Shown here: piece after piece, positions 46,220-56,561 of the stretch | Numbering within the stretch: the stretch's first letter is position 1 | Layout of the letters: each line of letters starts with the position of its first letter | IMG/VR virus record: IMGVR_UViG_3300010052_000143 | Span: 1,270-65,269 of that record | Source of the DNA: a virus | Lineage: Duplodnaviria; Caudoviricetes | Length of the DNA: 64,000 bases | Direction: 5' to 3' (one strand) | Program-made: the position numbers and the translations under genes | Notes under the pieces: generated by a model | Seen by the model: only the letters and a program-made list of their open reading frames with translations | Told to the model about the DNA's origin: nothing | The model's database searches: none

Positions 46220-49200
46220 CTATGAGGAGATTGCTCCGTTCACCTTAGTGGAGTTTCGGGTCAGGAAGTTCATGAGAATCCGTTCACCTGCGACCGACTC
46301 AAGGGCCGCCTGTAGGACGTCAGCTGGGTCGAAGACGTTGACGTTCTTGATGTTGACCGCCTGGCCACCGCCTGCGGCCGACATGCCGCCGTTCATGACA
46401 TGGCGGGGGTCGTCGCGGGTCAAGACCTCTTCGTCTTCAAGGGCGATGATTGGCACCTCGCGCGGGCCAAGACCGGGAATTCCGCCGTTATGGAACTCCT
46501 TCGCGTTTGCGAACACGGACGGATGGAACATCTGACGTTTGCCACCGTCGCGGATCAGGCCGCCGTCATGCTTGAACAGGCCGGCGATAAAGCCAAAGAT
46601 GCCACCACCTGCCCCGCCGCTGCCGCCTTTCCCGCCGGTGATGATGTTGAAGAGCATCTGTTTGATGATAGCCTTCCCGATCTCAATCAGAAATTCGCCA
46701 ATGCCCTGAAGCAGAGCGTTGAAAAACGCATCGGCCGCATTCCTGCCCTCGGCAAGGGCCTGAGCAAAAGCAGCGACTGCATTTGCGCCAATATCCGACA
46801 GCCGCTCGTTGATCTGATCGGCTGTCGGCAGAAATTTGGTGCTCGCTTCGACGGAGAACTGAGCCAGAGCGGTCTTTGCATTCTGCAGCTTGAGGATCGC
46901 TTCCTCGGCGCCGGGTCCGCCCAATTCCCGCCAGAAGGCAATCGCCTTGTCGATCGCGTCATTGAGCCGAAGATTGATCTCGTCGATTTCGGCGACGACG
47001 CCGGAAACTGCTGTTGGATCGCCTGCCGCCTCGGCAAGTTTCAGCTTTTCGAACAACAGCGTCCGCTGCGCCAGCAGATCGTTGATCTCCTTATCGACGT
47101 TCTTGCGGTCGTATTCGGCCGCTGCCAATTCTCGAACTTTGGCTATCTGCTGGTCGGAAAGCGTGACGCCGGCCTTCTTGGCGGTCAGTTCTTCTTCGCG
47201 GAGAGCGTTCGCGATGTAGGCTTCCCGGCTCAGCTTGAGCGCGTTGTCCAGTTCGAACTGCTGCTGCTCCATGCGCTGCTGATAGTCGAGCGCGTATTCC
47301 TTCTGGGTATCGAGTCGCTTTTGATCGAGTTCGGTCAGTTGCTTGTTGACAGCAAGCTCCGCCTCGCTGGCACCCATCTTCTTGGCAGCCCACGCCTGCA
47401 GGTCGCCCGCGTTCATGCCTTTCAAGAATGGATTGGCCGCGATCTGGTCGCTGGCCAAAAGGTTCTCAACAGGCTCGTTAGCGCGAGCCGAAAGGACGGC
47501 AATAGCGCCCTGCGGTCCCAGGAAATGCGCGAGATAGAGATTTGCTTCGGTGACCGCCTTACTTGCATTCTGCAGATGCGCTGCATTTTCCTTGGCATAG
47601 AGTTCGACCATGGCGGTCGAAATTTCCGCATCTTTGCGTAACAGCAGAATGGCCTCGCGCGTCATTCCGGCCGCACGATCTGGGAAGTGCTTGCGGAACA
47701 TCTCAAGCCAAGTCGTTTCAATAAACTGGCCAAGTCCCGTCGCTGACGAGTTTTTGTTTTTGGCCGTAGGATCACGCTGCGCATTCTCGGCGCCGATAAT
47801 TCGTTGGGACACATCCCCGAGCCCGCCGCCTTCCAGCCATTTGCGGTCGAACGTGATTCCCGCCTGCGCGCGGATGGCTTCGGTCTGCTCTTTCGTGAGA
47901 CCAAGAAATTCCTGATTGAGCCTGTTTGCCTCTTCGAGCGCAGTGTTCCGCGCCTTCAGCAATTCCTCCTCGATGAACCGTTCGCGGTTGGTCAATCCGA
48001 GGGCGTCGGCTTCCTCATCGAGCGCGCGCAGTTGCTTATCGATCGCCGCCTGAATGTCGAGAGCGGCCTTCTTTTTTGCTTCGCTGATCCCTTCCGATGC
48101 GGCCTCGGCTGCAACCGCTTCCTTGATGAGTTGCAGTTCCTCCTTCCGCGCAGCGATGATCAGTCCCAATTCTCGCAGACGAGCCTTTGCCTCATCCACG
48201 GCAAGGCTGTCACCGTTTCCAAGACGGCGCTCCGTCTCAATGAAGTCGCGCAGTTCGTTCAGACGCTCACTCAGGCCGTCGATATCGACTTTGTTGAGAT
48301 CCTTGAGACGTTGGGCGAAACGTTCGACGCCCCGTGCTTCGCGCTCAAGCTCCCTGCCGAACTTGTCGATCTCGCGCGCAAGGAATTGCAACACGCCGCT
48401 GTTTTCGATGATCCGAAGCAGCGTATCCCATGATCGGGAAAGTGAAGCGGTGGCGGCCTCCCATCCAGTTGTGGCGGTAGCAGTGTCGCGGACCTTGCCT
48501 GAGAAAATGTCAAAGGCGAGATTCAGCGCACCTGCGCGGTCACCGGCTGCATCCATCGCGCGGATCTGCGCAAGCTGCGAGGCGGTGAGAAAATTGAGCT
48601 CGTTATCCAGCTTTCGCACATCGTCCAAGGTGCCGCGGAACGCCTGAGAGATTCGCTGAGCTTCTTCGGCGACGCTCTTGCCCGAGATGGCGCTGAGCCG
48701 TTGAGCGAGGTCGGCGAACTTCATGAAGTCCTTTGGGTCTATTCCCTCACGGACAAAGGCACGAACGATGCTGCGCGCCTCGTCGGTGGCGATGCCGTAC
48801 TTGGTCATCTGGTCGGTGAGATCGACCAACTGCTCGACTGTGTAGCGTGCGCCGTCGGCCGACAGCGCCAAATCGGCGCTGAAAATACGTGCCGATTTTG
48901 CAGCTTCGACCATCCGCATGGCAGTGGCGATGAACGGCGCCAACACGGCCCCAACCGCAGCTATGGTCGGCACAGCCCGTGCAAGCGACACCATTACACG
49001 AGGCCAGATTTGCACAAACTGTCCGGCCTGCTGCGCGAGGATCTGCAACGGCGCCTGGCCCATGGCGAGGCCGGAGACGACGTCGTTGACCTGATAGCCT
49101 AGATTGGTCAGCTGCCAGGGTTTGAGGCCCCAAATCTCGACATCCTGTGCCTCACCCTTCGGCCCTCCACGGCCGCCCCGGGTCTGCCGGCTCATGGCGG

Positions 49201-49747
49201 TGTTGGAGGCGTCGATACGCGATTTGAGTTTGGCTTGTGCGGTGGCGGCGCGATTGGTCGCGCTTTCGAGCTTTACCAGCTGCGTGGCATCGACCGATGC
49301 CGCAGCCGCCTGTTCGTTTGTCGCAATGGCCCCGCGCTGCATCGAAACAGCCAGGCGGTCAAAGGCTGCAAACCCGGAACGAGCCTGACCGTTCAACTGG
49401 AGCAGGGTCGCACGCTTCTGGTCGAGAGCGGTCACCGACTCCCGCGCACGATCACGGACCAGCTTGATCGTGTCGCCGAGTTCGCGCATCTCGGAAGCGC
49501 TGAGCTTGCCTGTCTTGGCAGCATTCGCCTGAACCGCCCGGTAGCGGTCCACCTCCGCGCTCAGGCGCTGATAGTTGGCGATCTCCGCATCGATGTCGGC
49601 TTTGGCAGTGCCGAGGAGAGAACGCCGGTCTGCCGCCTTGGCTGAGGCGGTGAGGCGCGCCTTCTGCTTCTCGAGGTTGTTCAGAACCTTCGAGTATTCG
49701 TCGCGCGCCCGGACGGCAAACTCGACTGCTCTTTCATTCCTCGCCAT
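46220..49747 (-). CDS. Tape measure protein with embedded lytic transglycosylase-like domain
   Basis: YQVNDVVSGLAMGQ..QQAGQ TMP motif; AENA...AKNKNSSATGLGQFIETTW...YLAHFLGP. Confidence 0.9.
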   Translation of the reverse strand: MARNERAVEFAVRARDEYSKVLNNLEKQKARLTASAKAADRRSLLGTAKADIDAEIANYQRLSAEVDRYRAVQANAAKTGKLSASEMRELGDTIKLVRDRARESVTALDQKRATLLQLNGQARSGFAAFDRLAVSMQRGAIATNEQAAAASVDATQLVKLESATNRAATAQAKLKSRIDASNTAMSRQTRGGRGGPKGEAQDVEIWGLKPWQLTNLGYQVNDVVSGLAMGQAPLQILAQQAGQFVQIWPRVMVSLARAVPTIAAVGAVLAPFIATAMRMVEAAKSARIFSADLALSADGARYTVEQLVDLTDQMTKYGIATDEARSIVRAFVREGIDPKDFMKFADLAQRLSAISGKSVAEEAQRISQAFRGTLDDVRKLDNELNFLTASQLAQIRAMDAAGDRAGALNLAFDIFSGKVRDTATATTGWEAATASLSRSWDTLLRIIENSGVLQFLAREIDKFGRELEREARGVERFAQRLKDLNKVDIDGLSERLNELRDFIETERRLGNGDSLAVDEAKARLRELGLIIAARKEELQLIKEAVAAEAASEGISEAKKKAALDIQAAIDKQLRALDEEADALGLTNRERFIEEELLKARNTALEEANRLNQEFLGLTKEQTEAIRAQAGITFDRKWLEGGGLGDVSQRIIGAENAQRDPTAKNKNSSATGLGQFIETTWLEMFRKHFPDRAAGMTREAILLLRKDAEISTAMVELYAKENAAHLQNASKAVTEANLYLAHFLGPQGAIAVLSARANEPVENLLASDQIAANPFLKGMNAGDLQAWAAKKMGASEAELAVNKQLTELDQKRLDTQKEYALDYQQRMEQQQFELDNALKLSREAYIANALREEELTAKKAGVTLSDQQIAKVRELAAAEYDRKNVDKEINDLLAQRTLLFEKLKLAEAAGDPTAVSGVVAEIDEINLRLNDAIDKAIAFWRELGGPGAEEAILKLQNAKTALAQFSVEASTKFLPTADQINERLSDIGANAVAAFAQALAEGRNAADAFFNALLQGIGEFLIEIGKAIIKQMLFNIITGGKGGSGGAGGGIFGFIAGLFKHDGGLIRDGGKRQMFHPSVFANAKEFHNGGIPGLGPREVPIIALEDEEVLTRDDPRHVMNGGMSAAGGGQAVNIKNVNVFDPADVLQAALESVAGERILMNFLTRNSTKVNGAISS

Positions 49748-49964
49748 GGATCATGCCCTTGATGCGTTTTTCGAAAGCTTTGGCGGCCTTCTTCACGGCG
49801 GCAGGTTTGACGCTCATGTTCGGTATCGTGGAGAGCGCCATCTGGAAGAGCGCGACTTCGGTGGCCGTTTGAGCGTTCAATCTTGCGACCACCAGTCGCG
49901 CTTCCTCAGAGACCATCCAAATCGGGTAGCGAATTGCCTTTGGGTGGCCGTGATCGAGCAACAA
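49734..49964 (-). CDS. Tail assembly chaperone T-like segment (probably reached by frameshift)
   Basis: Frame is open back into the 3' end of the upstream chaperone gene. Confidence 0.55.
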   Translation of the reverse strand: MLLDHGHPKAIRYPIWMVSEEARLVVARLNAQTATEVALFQMALSTIPNMSVKPAAVKKAAKAFEKRIKGMIHGEE

Positions 49965-49999
49965 GCTGACCTGGCGGCGGACACCCTCTACCCATTTCG

Positions 50000-50422
50000 T
50001 CAGGTCTTCGGGGACGTCAGGCTTGCCGCGCCCGCCATCGCCCGAACGACGATCTCCATCAGTTTTTCCAGCCCACCTTCGCCGACGATCGTCATCATCA
50101 TCGTCTTCTCGAGGCAGGCCGCCTGGACGCTGAGCGGCAGCTTGGCCACGAGGCTGACTGACTGCGGCGCATCCATCGCGCAGGCGATCGTCACGCTGGC
50201 GAGCGGTACGAAGTCGTCGAGCATGCCAAGCGCAATTTCCTCGACACTGCCGGCCAGTTCGCCCTTGATCGCCTTCGAATAGAGTTCCGCCACCACACTG
50301 CGGTGCTGACGGATGATGTGGGTGATGTCCGCAAGGCCGAGACCGCGAATACGGAGCGATTGTCCGTTGAACTCCACGGTCTCGGTGGGGATAACCAGCG
50401 TCTCCAACTGATCCATCGCCAT
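50000..50422 (-). CDS. Tail assembly chaperone G-like
   Basis: Between major tail and tape measure. Confidence 0.7.
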   Translation of the reverse strand: MAMDQLETLVIPTETVEFNGQSLRIRGLGLADITHIIRQHRSVVAELYSKAIKGELAGSVEEIALGMLDDFVPLASVTIACAMDAPQSVSLVAKLPLSVQAACLEKTMMMTIVGEGGLEKLMEIVVRAMAGAASLTSPKT

Positions 50423-50428
50423 CGTGCC

Positions 50429-51214
50429 TTACTCGGTGACCGCCCGGCCGTCGCGATATGCGAGCGCCAGGTTGCCCTTCTTCAGCACGCTGATGTTCAG
50501 CGGCAGGGTCATGAACTCGGTCGACTCGGGATCGTTGACCAGGCTTAGGTCGCCGTTGGGCGACAGCCGCGCGCGCGGAATGGTGATGTCGCCCTGCGGC
50601 CCGGTCGCATTGTAAGAGATGAACTTCAACTCGCCTTCGACCTGCTTTTCGCCGGCGGTGATCCGTTCGCGCGAATGCGCCGCCACGCCGAATGCGATCT
50701 CGATCTTCGCCTGGTCGGTCAGCATGGTGATGATGCCCAGATCGGCGTCGAGTTCGTAATCGGTGCCGAGCACCAGCGTCGCCGGCGTCGGTGTTGCGCC
50801 ATCGGTGAGCGCCACGGCGGTCAGCTTGCGGTGGCCGCCGGGATTGCCTGTCGACCGTCCGACCTGGAAGATGTCGCCGGCCTTGGCGAGCAGGTGCGTT
50901 TCCGTCTGCGCCGTGAGCAGCGTCTGGGTGACCGTCGAGACATCACCCATGAACCAGTAGGCGACATTCTCGGCCTTGATGTCGTCGGTCACGACGCTGC
51001 CGTTCAGCGTGGCGTCGATGGTAATCTCTTCGTCCATCACGCGCAGGCCGGCCTGCGAGGAAAAATGCTGCAGGGTCTCGGACTCACGCGCCAGAGTGAA
51101 TTCAGGGCAGTTGCCCAATTCGCGGAACGGGCCGGGGTTCATCGTTCCGGCCGCAAACTTGGCGAAAAGAATCTTGCCTCGCGGAATCGTCAAGTTGTTC
51201 GACTGGAAGTCCAT
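50429..51214 (-). CDS. Major tail protein
   Basis: RGKILFAKF...RELGNCPEFTL...HFSSQAG; AAAGGAG RBS. Confidence 0.8.
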   Translation of the reverse strand: MDFQSNNLTIPRGKILFAKFAAGTMNPGPFRELGNCPEFTLARESETLQHFSSQAGLRVMDEEITIDATLNGSVVTDDIKAENVAYWFMGDVSTVTQTLLTAQTETHLLAKAGDIFQVGRSTGNPGGHRKLTAVALTDGATPTPATLVLGTDYELDADLGIITMLTDQAKIEIAFGVAAHSRERITAGEKQVEGELKFISYNATGPQGDITIPRARLSPNGDLSLVNDPESTEFMTLPLNISVLKKGNLALAYRDGRAVTE

Positions 51215-51259
51215 TATTTCACTCCTTTGCTTGTTTTCCACACATAGCGTGATTTTCTA

Positions 51260-51787
51260 TCACGCGAAAGGTGTTTCCAGGTTCTCAGCGAGCATCAACC
51301 TGATCGGGATCAGGAAATACGCCTGCGAAGAAATCTCGTCGTCCGCCGGCCGATGAATAGGCTGACCAATCGAGAGCGACGACACGCACGGCGCCCGCGA
51401 CCCCATCCCGAGGATGTTGAACCGTTCCTTCTTCGCGCCGACGAGCGCCTTGATGATTTCGGCCGACAGCATGTAGGCAGGATCGAGCGGATGATCCTTG
51501 TCGTCCCGAACGAAGCCCTGGATCAGGAGCCGAAATTCATTCGCCGCCGCTGTCGAGTTCCCGGTCCCATTGTTCGCGTCGAGGGAGCGTGGATCTTCGA
51601 GCACGGCCACGGCAGGAAGCGGGTCGTTCTCGCCGAAGATCGTCCGGCCCCGGAACACCCGGTCAGACGGGCGGCCGGCACTGTCGGTGTATTTCGACAT
51701 GTCATGTGCATAGTCGTTGGCAGGCGTCACCGTTTCGATGGTGGCGCAGATCGCCTTCACAACGCGGAGTCGGAATGGGTCAGCCAT
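51260..51787 (-). CDS. Tail terminator (gpU-like)
   Basis: PFRLRVVKAICATI...VFRGR; synteny. Confidence 0.6.
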   Translation of the reverse strand: MADPFRLRVVKAICATIETVTPANDYAHDMSKYTDSAGRPSDRVFRGRTIFGENDPLPAVAVLEDPRSLDANNGTGNSTAAANEFRLLIQGFVRDDKDHPLDPAYMLSAEIIKALVGAKKERFNILGMGSRAPCVSSLSIGQPIHRPADDEISSQAYFLIPIRLMLAENLETPFA

Positions 51788-52394
51788 CTTCGAGCAGGTC
51801 CAATTGGCGGTTGAATTCGTCGTTCAGGAATTCGAGGATTTCCGGCCGCATCTCTTCGAAGATGCCGTCACCGCCGGACGCTGCGCTGAGCGCCTGGTCG
51901 ACGGAGGGGCCGTAGAGCAGCCACAGATTCTTGCCGATCGACTTCGGCTTGTAAGCACCCTTCGGTGCAGCCCCGTCGGTACGCACGGCCAGGCCGACAT
52001 TGTTGTTTCGCAGCCGGATCAGGAAGGCTCGGCTGATCGATGTCCGGCGTCCGGGCTTGACGGTTAGATTGATCTTGCCGCTGCGATGACGCTGCCCGCC
52101 TCCCAGAGGCTGCTGCTTCGTGAAGCGCGCAAGCGAGGTGGCGTTGCCGCGGCCTTCGATGACGGTGGTGAATGCGCCCTTGCGCGCTCGCGTCTTCACC
52201 CAGAGGCGCTTGTTTGCCGGCGAGACATAGGAGGCGGGGAAAGCCACTTGTTCCCGCGCTGCGCGCGCTGCTCGCGTCCGGCCACGATCGGCAGCCTTGT
52301 TCAGCGCGCGGGTCAGCGCGAGTTCGACGGTGTTCGTCATCTCGTCAACGAAGTCGAACTGATCGAATTCCATGGAGATGACCACGGCGCTCAT
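51780..52394 (-). CDS. Neck/tail completion protein (gpZ-like)
   Basis: RALNKAA..GRT, LYGPSVDQ; synteny. Confidence 0.65.
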   Translation of the reverse strand: MSAVVISMEFDQFDFVDEMTNTVELALTRALNKAADRGRTRAARAAREQVAFPASYVSPANKRLWVKTRARKGAFTTVIEGRGNATSLARFTKQQPLGGGQRHRSGKINLTVKPGRRTSISRAFLIRLRNNNVGLAVRTDGAAPKGAYKPKSIGKNLWLLYGPSVDQALSAASGGDGIFEEMRPEILEFLNDEFNRQLDLLEDG

Positions 52395-52816
52395 CCGAGG
52401 ACGCCTTGCCAAACGGGGTCGGAAGCGTAGTCCGGGTCGGCTGTCGCCAACTGATCGAAAAGGGCGGTGATTTCGGAAGTGCCGAGTTCCGAGACCTCAC
52501 ACCAGATAAAGCCTTCGCGCTCCGGCTTCGTCGGGCCTGTACGATAGACCTCGGCGGCGCCGACCACCACGAACGCTTTCGGCAGCACGGCGGCCAGTTC
52601 GGTCTTCTGGAAGATGATGCGATTGGTCATGTCGAGCACGACACCGGCGTGGGTCCAGTCGTCGACCTGCTGGTCGGAGGTGATCTGCCGGGTATGCAAT
52701 CGAACGTTCACAGAAACAGGAGTTCCGGCCGCGTGCGTAAGATACACGGCCGGTACCTGAAAGGTCGCGTGGACTTGGCCCAGCGCCTTGCGCTTGATGG
52801 AGCGCCAGTTGGACAT
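52391..52816 (-). CDS. Head-tail joining protein
   Basis: WRSIKRKALGQVHATF.VPAVY; synteny. Confidence 0.6.
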   Translation of the reverse strand: MSNWRSIKRKALGQVHATFQVPAVYLTHAAGTPVSVNVRLHTRQITSDQQVDDWTHAGVVLDMTNRIIFQKTELAAVLPKAFVVVGAAEVYRTGPTKPEREGFIWCEVSELGTSEITALFDQLATADPDYASDPVWQGVLG

Positions 52817-53184
52817 CAGTTGTCGAACAGGCCCTTCTCGCCTTCAGCTTCGGATTCGGCTTCGAGCCGGAGACGTTCTGCCTCGGCCTCAGCTTCGGCT
52901 TCGAGCCGGAGACGTTCTGCCTCGGCCTCCGTGCCGGCCTTCTTGCTCTTGCCGGTCTTGGTTTCCGAAGCCTTGGGTGCTTTTGCGAGCGCCAGGGCGA
53001 CTTCGGAATCGGGGTGCTTCATCACCCAGATATCGACCTCCTCGGACGTGGCTTCCACGCCGGCGCCCATGTCGAGGATACGCGTCGTGCCCTCGCCGTT
53101 CATGACGAACAGTTCGTTGGGGTTGACCGTCGGCGGCGTGTCCTTCGGGTCTCGCATGATAGTGTGGATCGCTTTGATGATCAC
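52816..53184 (-). CDS. Hypothetical head-associated protein with EAEAERLRL repeats
   Basis: After capsid gene; internal direct repeat around 52855-52930. Confidence 0.55.
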   Translation of the reverse strand: MIIKAIHTIMRDPKDTPPTVNPNELFVMNGEGTTRILDMGAGVEATSEEVDIWVMKHPDSEVALALAKAPKASETKTGKSKKAGTEAEAERLRLEAEAEAEAERLRLEAESEAEGEKGLFDN

Positions 53185-53269
53185 GGCAGTAATCCTTCTG
53201 CTGGTTTCGATTGCGGTGGAGAGGAAAATGCCCGGCGGCTTGCGCGACCGGGCATCAAGCCGAACGCAA

Positions 53270-54367
53270 CTACGCGAGGACGCGAGCCTTGAAGGTCCGG
53301 TTCGGATAGAGCGGGATCGGCAGCGGCGACGACTGGTGCATGATGAACAGTTCGCCGGGATCGTCGGTCTCGAACATCTTGCCGAAGATATCGGTGCTGA
53401 GCGCGACGCCGCCGCCGAGGGCCTTGGTGTCGTAGATCGCACCGTAGGCACGCACGCCGGTAGCGCCGGGCGCAACGAGAAGAACGTCCTTCTCGTTGAG
53501 CAGGTCGATCCGCGTCTTACCGCCCGAACCGTCCGGAATGTCGACGGTGTCCTTGTAGGAGAACACCTCGAGGCCGGTCGCGAGGCTGCCGATGTAGTTC
53601 AGCGGGCGATCCGTCCGCATGATGCCGAGATCGATGTTGACGCTAGTATTGCCACGGTAGTTGGTGTCGAGAGCCGCCTTGATGCCGGTATTCTTGCGGA
53701 ACAGCGGAGCCACCTGCGCGCCAACGATCAGCTGGTAGGCACTGCCACCGCCGTGCGCCAGATACATCGTGGTCATCCAGCTTTCGATATCAGCCAGGAT
53801 ATCGGTCGCCGGATCGCTCCAGTAGGCCGAAGACTTGGTGACCGTGTGACCGGCGGCGCGACCGAAATCAAGCAGGACCGACGGATTGTCGGCGCCCTGA
53901 TCGCGGTCATAGTTGATCTGCACCTTGCCGTCGATGAAAGCACGGGTCGCCATCCAGATCTCGCGGAGCCGGATTGCACGCAGATGCGACTCGGTCAGTT
54001 GCGCGATACGGGCGTTGAAGCGCTGTTCCAGCGACGGACGCTGACCGCCGTTGCGGAAGACTTCGGACGGAAGGACGTTCTTCGCGTCTTCGGGCCGCAC
54101 GGCGTTCTTCAGCTTGATGTAGGGCGGCTCGAAAGCCGACAGCGTTTCGCTGCGCCGCGACATCAACGGCTTTCCCTGTTCGTAGGGCAGGACGAACGGC
54201 GCCAGAAAACGATCCGCCTCGGGCAGATCGGCGAAACGAATTTCCTTGTCTTCCGAGAAATAGGTGCTCGTGAAGAACGTGTCGAGGAAGTACGACGGCA
54301 ACGGCGTGTTGCGATCGTCCTGCCGCAGCATGTACAGTTCGCGGGGAGTCCAGAGTTCGAGTGCCAT
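53270..54367 (-). CDS. Major capsid protein (lambda gpE family)
   Basis: FLDTFF...LAPFV.P..QGK...FEPPYIKLK...SSPLPIP. Confidence 0.9.
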   Translation of the reverse strand: MALELWTPRELYMLRQDDRNTPLPSYFLDTFFTSTYFSEDKEIRFADLPEADRFLAPFVLPYEQGKPLMSRRSETLSAFEPPYIKLKNAVRPEDAKNVLPSEVFRNGGQRPSLEQRFNARIAQLTESHLRAIRLREIWMATRAFIDGKVQINYDRDQGADNPSVLLDFGRAAGHTVTKSSAYWSDPATDILADIESWMTTMYLAHGGGSAYQLIVGAQVAPLFRKNTGIKAALDTNYRGNTSVNIDLGIMRTDRPLNYIGSLATGLEVFSYKDTVDIPDGSGGKTRIDLLNEKDVLLVAPGATGVRAYGAIYDTKALGGGVALSTDIFGKMFETDDPGELFIMHQSSPLPIPLYPNRTFKARVLA

Positions 54368-54430
54368 TTCAAATTACCTCGTTTCGGTTGGGCCAAAGGC
54401 TACCGGGCCTTCGAGCCCGGCCACCGGCGA

Positions 54431-54886
54431 TCAGGGAGCGGCGACGACGGAGCCGTAGTAGACTTCGCGGACGACGATGTTGGTCGGAGTGGGTGCCCCG
54501 GCGAACGCCGCGAACTTGTGAGCATCCGTGGTGAACGACGCCGGCCAGTTGATCATGTGCTTGGCCAGGCAACCGGCGCGCAGGATCGGCACGCCGGGGT
54601 TCTGGCCGCCCGCGACCACGATCGGATAGAGCGTGATGCCGATGGCCTGGATGTCGTCTTCCGGAGCAACGCTGCCACGCAGCGCGGGAACCAGAAAGCC
54701 GCTGCTGTTGAAGCCGACCGGGGTATAGGCTGCCAATGTCTGGCTGGCCGCGAGTGCGAGATCCTGCGTCACGACGGCCGGCGTTTCACCGACGATCAGA
54801 CCTTCGAGGACGTCGTTGATCGTGTCAGACGACTGGCTCGGGAAGCCAGCAGTATGCGCGAGGTAGGGAGAGTTGATGGTCGCCAC
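54431..54886 (-). CDS. Head decoration protein (gpD-like)
   Basis: Between protease and capsid; INWPASF..DA.KFAAFAG.P. Confidence 0.7.
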   Translation of the reverse strand: MATINSPYLAHTAGFPSQSSDTINDVLEGLIVGETPAVVTQDLALAASQTLAAYTPVGFNSSGFLVPALRGSVAPEDDIQAIGITLYPIVVAGGQNPGVPILRAGCLAKHMINWPASFTTDAHKFAAFAGAPTPTNIVVREVYYGSVVAAP

Positions 54887-54939
54887 TTGCTGGCTCCTTC
54901 GTGGTTTGTGGGTTTACGATCTGGGGCGAACAGGCCCCG

Positions 54940-56190
54940 TTACTTGGGCTTGCGCGGCCCCTTGGTGAGCAGGAGCGCTTCTTCGACGCGGCTCATTTCC
55001 TTGTCACCGACCTCGGCGCCCTCAGCGTCGATGCCGGGGTTTCCCCTTTCCATCGCCGCCGTGAACAGTTCCTTCGGCACGCCGGCGCCGGGCTGCTGCG
55101 CGGCCGGCTTCACTTCCGCGGCAAGCTTGCCGAGGAACGTGTTGGCCTGCTCGACCGTCATCTCCGTATCGAGCGCAGCAGAGAGCGCGGCGGTCGGACG
55201 GTCTTTGGCGTTTTCACAGCCGATGATCGCGTTGATGCGAGCGACGGCAGCAGTCGAACCTTCCTTGACATGCTCGGGCTTCGCTGCGGCGACGGCAGTC
55301 GAAACGGCGGCGTCAATATCGGCCTGGGTGATGTCGGCCATCTGGTCTTCTCCTTCTGAGAACGTGGCCTCAAAGGCCGTGATTGCGTCGTCCAGGGAGC
55401 CGATCTCGTCGGCCAGTCCGTTTCCGATCGCTTTTTGAGCCATGAAAGTGAGGGCTCCGGTGTCGTCCACCGCCTTCACGCTCATGCCCCGGTTCCTCGC
55501 CACCATGGCGACGAATTGACCGTGGAACTCGTCCACGCGTTCCTGAATCCGCTCGCGCGCGCCGTCGGACAGCGCCTCGTATGGGTTGCCCTCCATCTTT
55601 CCGGGCTTCGAACGGATGATGTTGATGCGGATGCCGGCGTCCTCGAGCATCTGCGAATATTCGAAGTGCGTGACGACGACGCCGATCGAGCCGACGCCAC
55701 CGGTGCGGGCGACGGTGACGCGCTGCGCCGACGACGCGATGTTGTAGGCGGCCGAGTAGGCGTGCTCCGCCGCAAAGGCGTGGATCGGCTTCTTGCCGCG
55801 GGAGGCGAAGATGCGGTCGACCAGGTCGAAGTTGCCCGCAACCATGCCGCCGCCGGAATCGATCACCAGCGCAATGCCTTTCACGGCCCCGTCATCGAGA
55901 CCGCGCTTCACCGCGCGCCAGATGTATTCGTAGCCGGTCGCCCAGTTGCCGAACGCATACGGAAAGTCGTTCAGCAGGACGCCCTTCACGGGCACATGCA
56001 GGACGCCGTTCCGCACGATGTAGGGTCGATACCAACGATCATCGGAACCCCAGAAATCCTCGGAAGCGCCGCCCATCTCGATCTCGCCGAGACGCGCTGC
56101 AACAGCCGCAAGACAACCTTCGAGCCAGCCGCTGTAGCTCTCTTCGATGAAAGCCGGCTGATCCTGGAAACGGGCGAGGATCGGGTTCAT
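54940..56190 (-). CDS. S49 prohead protease (gpC-like) with nested scaffold start at 55341
   Basis: IDSGGG, AYSAAY.IAS, GGVGSIGV; internal GAAGGAG RBS + ATG (Nu3-like). Confidence 0.85.
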   Translation of the reverse strand: MNPILARFQDQPAFIEESYSGWLEGCLAAVAARLGEIEMGGASEDFWGSDDRWYRPYIVRNGVLHVPVKGVLLNDFPYAFGNWATGYEYIWRAVKRGLDDGAVKGIALVIDSGGGMVAGNFDLVDRIFASRGKKPIHAFAAEHAYSAAYNIASSAQRVTVARTGGVGSIGVVVTHFEYSQMLEDAGIRINIIRSKPGKMEGNPYEALSDGARERIQERVDEFHGQFVAMVARNRGMSVKAVDDTGALTFMAQKAIGNGLADEIGSLDDAITAFEATFSEGEDQMADITQADIDAAVSTAVAAAKPEHVKEGSTAAVARINAIIGCENAKDRPTAALSAALDTEMTVEQANTFLGKLAAEVKPAAQQPGAGVPKELFTAAMERGNPGIDAEGAEVGDKEMSRVEEALLLTKGPRKPK

Positions 56191-56561
56191 GCCGACACTC
56201 CGTACGACAGTTGACCCTCGGACAAATGGCTCGCGAACCCGAAGGATTTCCAACACGGGTCGGCTGGATCGATCTGCACGACCACTCGGGGGAAAGCTGG
56301 CGACCATGTGTAGCCCACCAAGTCTGACGCGATGTCCCCCACGTCGATGTAGCCGGCAGGCAGCCCGGCATCGAGCAGTCGGAAACAGCCACCGAACCAG
56401 AAGGCCCACTGCGATTTTGCGTAGCCGGGCATGTTCTGGCGGTGAGCAAGCCCACTTTCGTCATGCAGAACTATCAGCGATCCGTCCCTCGGCGCGTCAG
56501 CCATGTGCCACCGATGGCCACCGGGAAATTCCTCGGGAGAAGTTTTTGTCTTGGTCATCAT
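56187..56561 (-). CDS. Hypothetical protein inserted between portal and protease
   Basis: ATGA overlaps at both ends; WHMADAPRDGS motif. Confidence 0.55.
   Translation of the reverse strand: MMTKTKTSPEEFPGGHRWHMADAPRDGSLIVLHDESGLAHRQNMPGYAKSQWAFWFGGCFRLLDAGLPAGYIDVGDIASDLVGYTWSPAFPRVVVQIDPADPCWKSFGFASHLSEGQLSYGVSA

Noticed and set aside
52406-55438. 1010-aa plus-strand ORF
   Set aside because: Antisense shadow of the capsid, decoration and protease genes; no motifs; expected in high-GC DNA.
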